Below, in pieces: positions 50,856 to 64,000 of a DNA stretch of 64,000 nt (positions are counted from its first letter, which is position 1; every line of letters begins with the position of its first letter). The position numbers and the translations under genes are program-made. The notes under the pieces were generated by a model. It was not told the DNA's origin and searched no databases. It saw only the letters and a list, made by a program, of their open reading frames with translations. This stretch comes from Octopus vulgaris (taxonomy: Eukaryota), in the NCBI GenBank assembly GCA_951406725.2, contig OX597827.1, positions 10,230,001-10,294,000 of the forward strand, written 5' to 3'.

Positions 50856-52767
50856 GCTGCTGCTGCTACCACTGTTTAACTCTGACCATGGTGATCTGTG
50901 ATCCAAGACGATGAAGTAGACTAGCCCAATATGTAGATATAGAGGGAAAGTAGAGTTGAGAGCAGAGCTGAGTAGTAGTGAGAGAGAACAGCAGAATAGT
51001 TGAGAGCAGAGTGGAGTTGAGTAGAGGTCATCTGAACATGCGACATAACAAAGAGTGACCAGCTTAATTTGTAAAATCAGATATTTATGTTCAGGCATAG
51101 CTGTGTGGTTAAGTAGGTATAGTTTCCGGGTTCCAGCATATTCCATGGCACCTTGGACAAATGTCTTTTAATGTAGTCTTGGGTTGGGTAATACTTCATG
51201 AATGCAAGACAGAAGAAACTGTAAGGAAGCTTATTGTTTTTACACATTCATTGTTTTTACACCTACTCACACACGCACACAAACATACACACACACACAT
51301 ACAAACACACACGTACACACATGTATGTATATATGTATGTATATCTATATATATATGCATATATACATATCTATATATATATGCATATATACATGCATAT
51401 GTCTATGTTTGTATGTACCTGTTTTAAACACCATGTTGAGTTGCAACCCTGTAAATCCAAAGGTGACATAGTCATTTAACTGAGATCATTAAAATAAATA
51501 CAGGCTTGAAATAGGTACTCAATGATTTCAGTATCAACTAATACTGTTCTGTCACTTTGTGCCAAGCAAGATACTGTTTCTTTTTCTTTTTTTCTTTTTG
51601 CCATTCACTTTGTTATGCAGTTTCTGTGACTCTGTTTCTCTCTTTCTCTCACTCATGCTTTCTGTGCCATGCTTACAGGCGTTCAAAATCATCTTCTATG
51701 CTAAAGTCAGAAAACTAATGATAGGCCAAGACATACCACTGGTTTCCTGTGGCTTTCTGCCAGTTAATTTACATTTACTCTGCTAATCTCCTGCTCTCCA
51801 AAGCTTTCCGTTCGGGCGCAAGAGTTATTTAACACTTAGGAATAATAGGGCTGGCTTATATGATATCTGGGCATATCGATACATTAGTGAGGCTGTGTGA
51901 TTTATGTCCACAGGTCAATAGACAATCGCTCCTCTAAAGCATTGATTGTGTTAGCCACAGAACTATTTTCTGCAATTTAAGCCATAACTAGAGCCTTTGG
52001 CAGGTTTCACCACCACAGGCCAAAGCAGACCTGGAAACAGTGATAAATAAGAGGTAGCTTAATACTTAGCAAAACTATTGACCACATGAGCTGGACTTTC
52101 ACCCATGGATGCAGATTAATTTCCTGTCCAAGAAACCAAGCAATTATATTTTTATTCAGTTGACACTTAGGGTAAAGGCATATGATTTAATGGTTAGAGT
52201 ATTCATCTCAATATCATAAGGTTGTGAGTTCGAGTCCTTGAGCAAGTCTCTTTATCTCACATTGCTCCCAGTCCACTCAGCTGGCAAAAATTACATCTGA
52301 TTGTATTTGAAATGGCTGGTGTTATCATATTCTCTATCATGCCGAATCTCCCTGTGAGCTACATGAAGGAGTGCTCAGCCACATGCATGCTAATTTCATA
52401 AGCAGGCTGTTCTGTTGGGACCCTCATCGTTGCAACCAACAGAGTGCCAGTTGTCTGACATTTGATATCAGTCTTGATTATGAGGAATTTCTGAATGGCA
52501 ATCTTTGATTCATTGTTCATTTCATCAATTTTAGATAGCATTTCATGTGCTACAAATTGAATTATATATTTTCTTGGTAAATAATATTACTAAAATAAAG
52601 TCAATTATAAAGTGGGTTTAGATACATTTTCAGCTCAGTAGTAGCTTCAGTTAGTTAATCCTTTTACTTAGCTTAAGAAAGGTTTCTTTTTTCTCATGAT
52701 GCTTTTAAATGCACTTTTTTCCTCCAATAAATGAAGACTTTGAAACATAAGACATAAATATTACTAT

Positions 52768-53175
52768 AGGCGCAGGAGTGGCTGTGTGGTAAGTAGCTTG
52801 CTAACCAACCACATGGTTCCGGGTTCAGTCCCACTGTGTGGCATCTTGGGCAAGTGTCTTCTGCTATAGCCTCGGGCCGACCAAAGCCTTGTGAGTGGAT
52901 TTGGTAGACGGAAACTGAAAGAAGCCCGTCGTATATATGTATATATATCTATATGTATATGTGTGTGTGTGTGTTTATGTGTCTGTGTTTGTCCCCCTTG
53001 CATTGCTTGACAACCGATGCTGGTGTGTTTACGTCCCCGTCACTTAGCGGTTCGGCAAAAGAGACCGATAGAATAAGTACTGGGCTTACAAAGAATAAGT
53101 CCCGGGGTCGATTTGCTCGACTAAAGGCGATGCTCCAGCATGGCCGCAGTCAAATGACTGAAACAAGTAAAAGAA
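52768..53175 (+). mobile_element. Family B SINE, full length, young
   Basis: Consensus match, CpG-rich. Confidence 0.93.
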
Positions 53176-54646
53176 AAAAGAAAAAAAATATGTTAGAGAG
53201 ATATACAGTTAGATAGAAATATAGATGGATAGGTACACAGATAAAGAGATAGTCAGGACAGACAACAGATTGACAAATGGATGGATGGGTGGCCTGACTG
53301 ACAAGACAGATGGATGGATTGATGGATTGGTGGATGGATGGATGAATGGATAGATATATGAACAGACAACTAGATAGACAGGTTGATGGAGGTGTGCGTG
53401 AGTGTCTCTGTATGAAAAAGCTATATAAATGAAAATAATGTGAAGAACATTGTTATGGTTTTACCATTCTGATCCTGTTAATTATTATCTGATTTCAAAA
53501 AAATGTTCACAAAAGTTTCAGTTATTTTGCAGACAATGGAACCTAGCTAGAATAGACAAGAAGCAGAAATACTGACCAAAAGATATTTTTCATACTTTCA
53601 TTATTTTCTTTAGTCAATTTGTTAGTAAGTTTCTTTGAACTAATCAATGAATTTATCATAATTTTCAAAAACCTACTGAAAATGTTTAAAAAAAAAAAAC
53701 ATCATATTTTTTATGTAGTTTTGAAATTCACAGGCATTCTTCTCTCTAGAAATACAAGAACTGATTAGAGAAAAGATAATTCTTTTTGATTGCATCTAAA
53801 GAAAACCTCAGTTAAGCAGCAGCAGCAAGCTGGTACAAAAGATTTTTTAGAAATGCAGTTTATTAAGACACAATGATATATTTTTTTTAAATTCTTGTCA
53901 TTTCTTTTCTTTTTCTTTATTTCTTTCCTTTTTTGTTTTCTCTTTTTTTTTAGAGGTGGTAGATTTATTCATTTTCTTACACTTAAAACAACATTATTCT
54001 GCTATTGAAAACCGAAGCCAATTTAAAAGTTTCTTTTGAAGTAGCACTGAATATAACTATTGTAACGCACCAAAATATTATTGGCTTTTCATTTGTTTAT
54101 CAATTGTGTGCAAATAGATTCAATAGATCAATAGAATGTTTGCTTTTTAGCTGGACCAGCAAAATAAATTTTGTAATATGAAAAGCAGCTCACTTCATTA
54201 GAAAACATGTTGATAGCCTCAGACAACGACAGTATATTGACAAAAAGATATCAATATTCTACAAAACAATTGGCAATATGAAAAAGGACTTCTTTGTCTG
54301 CTATCTTTTTACCTCCTAATTGAAGAGTGATTTTTGTTTCTTCTATACTTAATATAACTGTCACCATACCACCCTCTTTTTCTATTGAATCTGTTAGATT
54401 TTAGCAATATATTTTCCCATGGGAAAAATTATCTAATATTGATTTAGTCCTTTTTTTTTTTTTCAATGTCAACAAGGTTTTATATTAATTCACTGGTAAG
54501 GAAACACTATTTATCAATTGATTTTTTTTTGGTATCCCTAATACGAAAATGATGTGAAATGCCAGTTAGCAAACAAATGCTTACAATGAAATTAGGAAAG
54601 AATAAATTTTGAAGAGAGAAAAAGAATTATGTATGTATTTATGTAC

Positions 54647-54677
<31 letters not shown>

Positions 54678-54999
54678 TGTATGTATGTATGCATGTATGT
54701 ATGTATGTATGTATGTATGTATGTATGTATGTATGTATGTACATATATATAGATATAAACATGCATACATGTATGTGTTTGTATGTATGTATATATACAT
54801 ATATACATATATAGATATATGTATATATACATATACGTATATATACATATACATATACATACATACACGCGTGTATGTGTGTCTGTGTGTGCATCATCTA
54901 TGATTTTATTTTGTATTGGAGTAAGTTAAATATTATTGGAATGTAAAAAAAAAAGGTAGGGCAATGTTTAGGGGGAAAGAATGGGTGATGTCATTTTGC

Positions 55000-55220
55000 T
55001 TGATGATGATAATGATGTTGATGATGATGATCATGATGATGATGATGATCATGATCATGATGATGATGATGATCATGATGATGATGATGATGATGATCAT
55101 GATGCTGATGATGATGATGCTGATGCTGATGATGATGATGAGGATAATGATGATGATGATAATGATGACGACGACGACGATGATGACGGTGACAACAACA
55201 ACAACAACAACAACAACAAT
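55000..55220. repeat. (GAT)n/(AAC)n compound microsatellite
   Basis: Read directly. Confidence 0.95.
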
Positions 55221-55667
55221 AAAAGCAACAAGGATAAATAAATAAGCAGCTATAATACAAATTTCCGACTGAATTAAGTTAAGACACGTAGCCACAAGAG
55301 TTGAAATATGTTACGACTAATTATAGACGAATTGTTTCTTTTTTTTTCTTTTCCTAAGAAATATTTTGATATCTTATAATCTTTCAAGAATTATGGAGTG
55401 GCAAGTTTTGCTCATCGCATCTCATATATTATTCATAGACAAATGTGTAAAATTTTGTTTGAATTAGTAAAAGATGCTGCTTTGTAAAGCCATCTAGGTT
55501 TAACAAACATTAGATTTGTAATGGTTCTTGTATTAGAAGAAATAGTGAAAAACAAGGAATTCGAGTTTATTATTATAGGAGTTTAGTGTTTGACTCCAGG
55601 ATTGTCGCTGTTTCTAAGATATGATTTTTTTCTATTCTTGTATGGGTCAGACGAAATTTGTTACAGT

Positions 55668-55838
55668 ATCATCATCATCATCATCATCATCATTTAACGT
55701 CCGCTTTCCATGCTAGCATGGGTTGGATGGTTCAACTGGGGTCTGGGGAACCCGAAGGCTGCACCAGGCCAGTCCGATCTGGCAGTGTTTCTACAGCTGG
55801 ATGCCCTTCCTAATGCCAACCGCTCCGAGAGTGTAGTG
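55668..55838 (-). mobile_element. Family A repeat fragment
   Basis: (ATC)n plus consensus 3' end. Confidence 0.88.
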
Positions 55839-56125
55839 ATTTTTTTATAACTGTGGAGGAGGAGGATGAGGATGAGGAGGAGGAGGAGGAGGAAGGGGAG
55901 GGGGAGAGAGACTCGACCATGTGACCCTGCAGAAATCTCAGTGGTACGTTTCCCCCCCACTCCATCTCGTGGATGGATGATTTTGAGCAGAATAGAGGAG
56001 CAGTGATCTTTAAATCAAAGTGGCATGTGAAGGAAGGATAAATGACCAGAAGGAAAAGAAAGTGATGTAATGAAAGGACTGGAAAGGAGAGGAAATGGTG
56101 TCAAGTCAAATAGAGGTGGGCTTAA

Positions 56126-56346
56126 CCCTTTTGTTACTAACCTGGCCAAAACTGGCTCTGGCTCTTTAGTACAAATGTCTTGTTTTCATAAGTTTTGCAT
56201 CAAAATATACCACCAAACATTAGTTGCAATTTATATTCCTAACACTAGCTTAATGATAGCTAAGTTATTTTACTAAATTATTTGTTATATTTAAAATAAT
56301 TGAAAGAAACACAGAGCATCTCAAAATAAATACAGTAACGAAAGGG
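56126..56346. mobile_element. piggyBac-type MITE (221 bp)
   Basis: TTAA|CCCTTTTGTTACT...AGTAACGAAAGGG|TTAA: 13-bp TIR with one mismatch, CCC/GGG ends, TTAA duplication. Confidence 0.88.
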
Positions 56347-56689
56347 TTAAAGTAGCAGCTTTCTTTTGTGTGTATTGCAAGGAATGGACGTTTGTTGGGA
56401 GCAACAGTAGGGTAGTGGTCCTTGCTGGCGAGAGGTTGGGTACAGTTTAAATGTGGATACAACTGTGAGGCCTTGCTGGGTTGGAAGGATTGATGCTGGT
56501 TGCACCTTCAGGTGAGAGGAACCTTTATTTTTGCCTTACAACTATAACTAAATGCTTCCCCTGTTGGCAGCCCTCATGTTGTTCCAAGTAAGGTAATATT
56601 TTCCCTAGTCCTCTGAAAAAAAACCTCGTAATAGCCAGACATGTTTCTTCTCATAGGAGTGAAAATGAATAACATTGCCTTTGTTAGGT

Positions 56690-56905
56690 AAGGTGGTGAG
56701 CTGGCAGAATCATTAGCACTCTGGACAAAATGCTTAGAGGCATTTTGTCTGCCTCTGCGTTCTGAGTTCAAATTCTGCAGAGATTGACTTTGCCTTTCAT
56801 CCTTTCATGGCCATAAAATAAGTAGCATTTGACCCCTGGGGTTGATGAAATCGACTTTCCCTCTGTCTCAAGCTTGATGGTCATTGCCAAAATTTGAAAC
56901 CAACA
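56690..56905 (+). mobile_element. Family D SINE, diverged
   Basis: GGTGGTGAGCTGGCAGAATCATTAGCAC...GAGTTCAAATTCTGC...GACTTTGCCTTTCATCCTTTC. Confidence 0.8.
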
Positions 56906-57097
56906 TTACTTTTGTAAGTGACATCAGTACACATTTAGTGTGAAATGCCATGAGAAAGTAACACAAACCAGCACACATGTAAATACACACAGATACAGAC
57001 ACACACGGACACACACACACACAGACACACACACACACAGACACACACACACACAGACACACACACACCACATACACTCACATATAAAAAAAATAAA

Positions 57098-57345
57098 TGT
57101 TCCTTCTCAAGCCATGCCAGGCTCATAAGAGCCAGTTTCCCGGTTTCAGTGACATAGAAATTCCCCACCTGGACGGGAAGCCAGTCCATTGCAGGTTTAC
57201 TCATTTTTGCCAGCTGAGTGGACTAGAGCAACGTGAAATAAATTGTTTTGCTCATGAACGCAATGCATCGCCCAGTCCAAGAATAGAAACCACAACCTTA
57301 CGACCATGAGTTCAACACCTTAACCACTAAGCCACGTGCCTCCAC
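57098..57345 (-). mobile_element. Family E tRNA-derived SINE
   Basis: Minus-strand head GTGGAGGCACGTGGCTTAGTGGTTAAGG (A box) is related to the Family C head; the body differs (GTCCACTCAGCTGGCAAAAATGAGT). Confidence 0.8.
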
Positions 57346-58056
57346 ATAAACACACATATATGACAGGCTTATTTCTGTTGCCTTGAACCAAATTAATGTA
57401 CCAGCTTTTGGTCGGCCCAGGGCTTTAGTAAATAGCACTTGCATGAAATGCTTTGCTGTGGAACTGAACCTGAAACCACATGGTTTCAAAGCTAACTTCT
57501 TAATCACACACCCATATATGATAAAAGTACTTCCATTTCTCCTTAGCATCTATGCAAAAAATCAACATAAAAAAATTCTTATGTAAATGGTGCTTTCATG
57601 ATGGAACATTTTTCTGCTAGTTTTATAAATAAATGTTGTTTTAACTGTAGGGAAGGAAGTTAGCAGATGTTTGTAGATATCTTTTGATTACTATTTAAAT
57701 TGTTATTTATGATGTGCTAGCATTTTGATATTATTTATTATGTTTATAAATCAAAAAACTATGGCGGTAAACCTAAACAGAATTTGAATGAGAGTCAATG
57801 ATATTACTAAATCTGATGCTTGTAACTGTAAGATTTTTATAATCTTGTGTAATTTTTCTAAAAGATTGTAAGAGTTTCTTATTTACAACAAGATTAGCTA
57901 AGAAAACTAACGGCTCACTATACATTTTTGAGAGCAGCTTTTTAATTCATGAGCTTCATATTCAAACACCATAACCACATATTTATATTACCATTGAATT
58001 AGAAATATCCAAGAAGGTGTAAGGTATCTATATACAGTGCTTTAGTACAGTCCTGA

Positions 58057-58442
58057 GTGGAGGCGCAATGGCCCAGTGGTTAGGGCAGCGGACTCGCGGT
58101 CATAGGATGCGGTTTCGATTCCCAGACCGGGCGTTGTGAGTGTTTATTGAGTGAAAACACCTAAAAAGCTCCACGAGGCTCCGGCAGGGGATGGTGGTGA
58201 TCCCTGCTGTACTCTTTCACCACAACTTTCCCTCACTCTTACTTCCTGTTTCTGTTGTACCTGTATTTCAAGGGGCCGGCCTTGTCACTCTCTGTGTCAC
58301 GCTGAATATCCCCGAGAACTACGTTAAGGGTACACGTGTCTGTGGAGTGCTCAGCCACTTACATGTTAATTTCACGAGCAGGCTGTTCCGTTGATTTGGA
58401 TCAACCGGAACCCTCATCGTCGTAACCGACGGAGTGCTTCCA
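58057..58442 (+). mobile_element. Family C tRNA-derived SINE, full length, with 13-bp TSD
   Basis: TSD AGTACAGTCCTGA at 58044-58056 and 58443-58455; A box TGGCCCAGTGG, B-box-like GGTTTCGATTCCC. Confidence 0.95.
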
Positions 58443-58978
58443 AGTACAGTCCTGACCATGATGGCTACAATGAACTAAAGAATTAAAGAATATAACAAAT
58501 AGATTGATTTAGGGGTTATAAAGTCAAACCAGTCAGTTTAGTTGGTTGAGGTTCTTTCATGACATTTAAAATTTACATGACAGTTTATTTAACTATGGAT
58601 TAAGTGACAGTGTGTATTTCTGAGAGAACTTACTTGCAAAAGATTAGTATACTATTGTGGAGGAAATTAGTTTCTCATCTGTTTAATGAAATACACACAG
58701 GAGTTAATTCACAAAATCTAATAAAAGAGACAGGATTTTAGAGGAGAAATTTATTTGGGATAAATTTGCGGCCATCCTGTCTATAGAGAGTTTCCTCTCT
58801 TATTTTAGTAACACTATAAGAAACACTTAAGTAGTAACAGAAGCAGATCAATGTGGTTTATTTTGTGGTATGTTGGAGATTGAGAAAAACTCCAGGAAGA
58901 TGTATTCTAATTATTCCATGCTATAAAAATGGTCACAAAGGGTTTCTCTCCCATAATGAAAAGCAGATTGTATGATAC

Positions 58979-59392
58979 TTACTCTTTTACTCTTTTACTT
59001 GTTTCAGTCATTTGACTGCGGCCATGCTGGAGCACCGCCTTTAATCGAGCAACTCGACCCCCGGGACTTATTCTTTTGTAAGCCCAGTACTTATTCTATC
59101 GGTCTCTTTTGCCGAACCGCTAAGTAACGGGGACATAAACACACCAGCATCGGTTGTCAAGCAATGCTAGGGGGACACACACAAATACATACACGCATAT
59201 ATATATATATATACATATATACGACGGGCTTCTTTCAGTTTCCATCCACCAAATCCACTCACAAGGCATTGGTTGGCCCGAGGCTATAGCAGAAGACACG
59301 AAGACACTTGCCCAAGGTGCCACACAGTGGGACTGAACTCAGAACCATGTGGTTGGTAAACAAGCTACTTACCACACAGCCACTCCTGCACC
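58979..59392 (-). mobile_element. Family B SINE, full length
   Basis: Consensus match with a small internal duplication GAAGACACGAAGACAC. Confidence 0.92.
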
Positions 59393-62225
59393 TTATGTAT
59401 GAAATGTGATGTTGCATGGTAGTAAAATATGGAGATTGGAAGTAAAGAAGATGTGAAGGCTGTGATTCATCAGTGAAGGAAGCATGCTCCACTGAATATG
59501 TTATGTTAGTTTGTATAAACTACCGAACAGAAATGAACTGAGAGAGGAAGGAAAGCATGTCTCCACTTTTGAAAACTACAAAGGGGTGATGAAAAGGTCT
59601 TGGCTTTGAGGGTATTGTGAAAGTCCTGGCTGGCAACCCCACCTTCTGAGTTCTTTTACAGGATTTAGAAAAACTGAAGGACCACTGCAGTAAGTGTATG
59701 AATCTGTAAGGGGAATAAGTTGAATAAAATCATAATTAACTGATCCTCCAGTATTTTTTTTTTTAGCCAAAACCAGGAAATTTTCAACACCCTCTCATAT
59801 ATTAGATATAGTATGCAAAAGAGGAGACTAAGTGATATATATGTGATGAGTATGGAGGATGATGAAAGAAGTACCAAACGCTAAAAGTTAGTAGAAGATG
59901 GAGACCAAGGAGGAGAGGTACATCTGAGGAAGCTGAGCTACATGAAAGAGATGCTAAATGACTGCAGCAAATAGTCCATCCAACCCATAAAAGCATAGAA
60001 AACAGATGTAAAATGATGACGATGATGATGAAGATGATAACCACGTATGAGTATGTATGTATATATGTATATATATGTATGTGAGAAAGAGAATAGGATA
60101 AAGCCACGTATTGTTAGATTAATACATTGATAGCTAATAGGAGCATATTTAGAAGATAATAATAAGACCTACAGCTGAATGCACAGATACATAGCGAGAT
60201 AGCTATAAAAATATCACATAATTGATAAGGTGAAATAAACCAAAAGCTAATGGATAAACTGTCTTTGAGTAGGTTTTGGTTTAATTTCCATAAGCAACCG
60301 ATGTATGTCAGAATATGGCTACTTGCTAATGATATAAAATTCTACACATGGCAAACGACTCTTATTTATTGATATATTTACAAACAATACATACCTGATG
60401 TATTTACAATAGATAGTTATTCAAAGTCCTGTGGGTAATTGTTAATAAAACAAGCCAAAGAGTCTGAGCTTTATCTGGCGGACTGCTTTGTGCCATAAAA
60501 ACAAAGCTATTTATCAATGATCTAAGCAAGTAATCTATAAAGATCACAATGTCAAAAGTTAATACGTTCCTTCATATTTAATTCAGTTGAATACATCTGA
60601 CGTATTATTTCTATTCTACGTATTCATCCATCTTTTATTAACGTTTGACTTTTATATATGCGTATATATATGTGAGTGTGTATGTGTATGTGTGTATTCA
60701 TGTGTATATGTAATGCATAATGGATGCATGTGTATGTGTAAGTGCATGTGGTGCATATATGTGTATATATATATATATGTATCACTTACACATGTGCATG
60801 TTTGTTACCATAACAGCCCCCCCCCTTGCCCCCACCACTAGCTCTCTATGCTTGTACTCTCAGCCATGCCGGTGCCTTCTATTCTATATTTACCTTATGA
60901 ATACCTCCTGTCTATTTGTCTATCTCTGTTTACCAGTGGTGGCAACAGCAACTGTGGCATTTCCATTGTCATTGTCATAGTAGCTGTTGTCTTCGCCACC
61001 ACCGCCGCCACCACTACCACCACCACCACCACCACCACCACCACCAGTACTGTAAATTTTAATTCCACCTAATAATTCATCATTTGTAGTTCAGCTCGGC
61101 TGAACCGTTGTATTCTACTTTGAATGTAAAACTCATCCTATGGTTTCAGCCAAAAATAAAGTGTTTATGTGACTAATCAGCTTGCTGAAAATAGAAGCCA
61201 AACTACCTTCATTCTTGTCTGAGCTTCCTGTCTTAAAAAAACAAATGATATGATCTGATACCTAACCACTAGATACTCAGTCAGACACTACAAGTGAACA
61301 GCCATAGTTTCATGTCATTGGTCAATGAATTGACCCAACAGAGTGAGGCTATGGCATGATATGCTTTTCTCAATTGTTCTAGAACAAACCCTCTTGTCCC
61401 CTATAAAAACTGTTTTTTGGCCTTTTCCAACTGCAGAGTGCTGAAGGTGGCTAAAGGAGTCATGCCTCCACTTTTGTCATGTAGATGGTTCTGGACATTC
61501 GAATAGACAACTCCAGGTTTTCAGACAGACCCATTCTGGACATGCACGCTATTTCTCTAAAGTAACTTCTACTGATGCAAGTACAGTTTTTCTCCCTATC
61601 TCAGTTGGCAATTATTAATATTGTCCATTGTAAGTAATCAACACCAAATATCTTTATGTCCAGCAATAAATATTTCAGTGAAATATTTGCTAGTTTGCTT
61701 CAGCTATTATTCATATAGCCAGTGAAATATATCTTCATTTCCTTGCTACCCAAATGACAAGCAACCATCGACAGAATATCACACCATGTAGTTCTAGATA
61801 CAGTGGCACATCTTTAATATGTGCCACCCAGAGCAGCCCTTGAGTTTGCTTCCACAACTCCCCACTGACCCTCCAAGCCTATATAGGCCTACGTACCTGA
61901 CATAAGGGCACCTCGTCCATAAAAGCATCACCCAGGTCGGTCTACTTCCTTACTCAGCACTGCATCAACACCAGCAATGCTACCTTCAAGAAATACAGAA
62001 AGGGGGGATAGTTAGGGCCAGATTGCCCTCGAACCTATTTTTAGTCGGTTGAGGATGATCTGAAGCTAAACAACAAAAACACCAACATTGTATGACAATT
62101 CTGTTCATATACACACCACACACACATACACACACACATACACATGCACACACACACATACATACACACATGCACACACACATGTACACACACAAACATA
62201 CATACATACATATATATTTACACAT

Positions 62226-62264
<39 letters not shown>

Positions 62265-62444
62265 ACATATACAGAAATAAGGATTTGATTCCAGGCAGTT
62301 ACCTCATATATATTGTACATAACATTGTAATAAATAAGCTTTTGAGGATGTACAATTCTCAATTTGTATTTTTAATGCTTTATATATATATATATATGAA
62401 AAAACAAGTCAAGATAGAAAATGCTAAAATAATTTTATAAAGAA

Positions 62445-62492
62445 CATTTCAGTACCGGTTTCGATCATTTTGAGACCTTTTCAACTGTAATG
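62445..62492 (-). ncRNA. Candidate minimal type I hammerhead ribozyme with U3:A8 core
   Basis: Minus strand CATTACAG-TTGAAAA-GGTC(tcaaaat)GATC-GAA-ACCGGT-A-CTGAAATG: stem I 7 of 8 bp, stem II 4 bp, palindromic stem III, GUA cleavage triplet. Confidence 0.65.
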
Positions 62493-62629
62493 ATTAAATA
62501 ATTAAATTTAGAAAAATTAAAAGAAAAGTTTTTTAAAGGAATATTTGTATAGTAGTGTTCAAATATAAGTGGCATTTTCCTTGTTTCTGCCTTTCTCTGT
62601 CTCTCTTGTTTATATATATATATATATAT

Positions 62630-62820
62630 GGGGAGAATTCACAAAAAAGCAAAAGACGAAGACAGGTGATGTAGACAACAAATAGATGTATTAGTCTAAC
62701 ACTTGGGAAGTGAAAAAGTCTTTAACATTTCGAGCCTATGCTCATTCACAGAAAAGAAGACAGAAGGAAACAAGGAGAGAAAATAAAGAATGTGTGGTGG
62801 CGATCTATCATGGCGAATAC
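62630..62820 (-). mobile_element. Penelope-like terminal repeat fragment with decayed hammerhead
   Basis: Minus strand CTTTT-CTGTGAA-T-GAGC(atag)GCTC-GAAATGTT-AAAG; same architecture as 38319-38353; flanked by (TA)n. Confidence 0.5.
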
Positions 62821-62870
<50 letters not shown>

Positions 62871-63148
62871 ATATATGTATATATATATATATAAATATAT
62901 ATATATATACACATATATACATAGGTTTTCCTCTGTCTTCTGTCTCACTTTTCTGTCTCTACATAAGCCAATATCCAAAATACCATTATTAATTATTTCC
63001 ACTTCCCTGAGCTTCAAACTAAAAAATCAAACCAGTAATTATGATCAAGAACCTATCCAATCTTAAAATTGTGTTTGTTTTTATTTTCATTAATCTTTCT
63101 CCCTCTCTTGCATCTCTCTACACCACACATATATAAATGTATGTCTAT

Positions 63149-63231
<83 letters not shown>

Positions 63232-63400
63232 ATGATAGATAAATAGATAGATTAATAGATGGGTGCTTGCTACATTTTCACAGATGATTGTCATTTCTTC
63301 TGCTTCCTTGTTGTCAATAGCATTTCTGACTTTCTGCCCATGACCTGTTGGACGACTATTCAGTCCCATTGTCACTATTCCATTGTCATAGGACTCTCAG

Positions 63401-63658
63401 TCATCATCATCGTTTAACGTCCGTTTTCCCCGCTAGCATGGGTTGGACGGTTTGACCGGGGTTTGGGAAGCCAGGGGCTGCACCAGCCTCCAGTCTGATC
63501 TGGCAGTGTTTCTACAGCTGGATGCCCTTCCTAATGCCAACCACTCCGCGAGTGTAGTGGGTGCTTTTTACGTGCCACCGGCACAGGTGCCAGGGGAGTC
63601 CGGCATCGGCCACAATCGGTTGGTGCTTTTAACGTGCCACCAGCACGGAAGCCAGTCA
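63401..63658 (-). mobile_element. Family A repeat copy
   Basis: (ATC)n plus consensus with two subrepeats. Confidence 0.9.
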
Positions 63659-64000
63659 ATAATAGATGGAATGATGAAGGAGGTCAGCATAAAGAGACAC
63701 CTGTCCATCATTGAATTATAGTGATGCATAACATGAGTACAATATTCTGAGTCTCTGCAATTAGTACCTAGTGACAAGTACTAAGCTAAAGCAAAATGAC
63801 TAGTAATCACATGAAACTGAAAGTTGTACATCAATGTCCCTCTCCTAGAATGATGATGTGACAACATCTAGGTGTCCAGCACTCCTGGTGTTTTTTGCTG
63901 TGCACCCTGACACTGGCCAAGTCTATTTCTTCATTTCATTGCTCAGCTGGATTGTATGTAACTACGTATATATATATATATATTGCAAATAAGAAAATGG

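Noticed and set aside
58057-58135. tRNA gene (also heads of Families B, D and E)
   Set aside because: A/B boxes are present but there is no closed acceptor stem or poly-T terminator; it continues into a SINE body with TSDs

Overview
AT-rich, microsatellite-saturated animal genomic DNA, probably a large intron or intergenic stretch. The repeat repertoire suggests an octopus or other cephalopod; this is inferred, not proven. No host protein-coding gene can be supported. Almost all track ORFs are translations of (TA)n, (CA)n, (TACA)n, (GA)n and trinucleotide repeats. Retroelements: one uninterrupted 5'-truncated CR1-group LINE RT ORF (21599-22894, -), two decayed RTE-clade LINEs, a Penelope-like RT relic, four tRNA-headed SINE families and one RTE-tail repeat family. 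DNA elements: a Tc1 (DD34E) relic, an internally deleted mariner with intact TIRs, a non-autonomous Helitron, and piggyBac-, hAT- and Mutator-type MITEs. The window also holds several long near-perfect palindromes and a higher-order 26-bp minisatellite. Main points of interest: (1) Penelope-type minimal hammerhead ribozyme folds whose catalytic 3:8 pair covaries (G3:C8 at 20212-20262, U3:A8 at 62445-62492); (2) two short-element/LINE 3'-tail partnerships visible inside the window; (3) a three-level nested insertion with its own empty-site control; (4) a few low-confidence candidate exons, including a 15-nt microexon.
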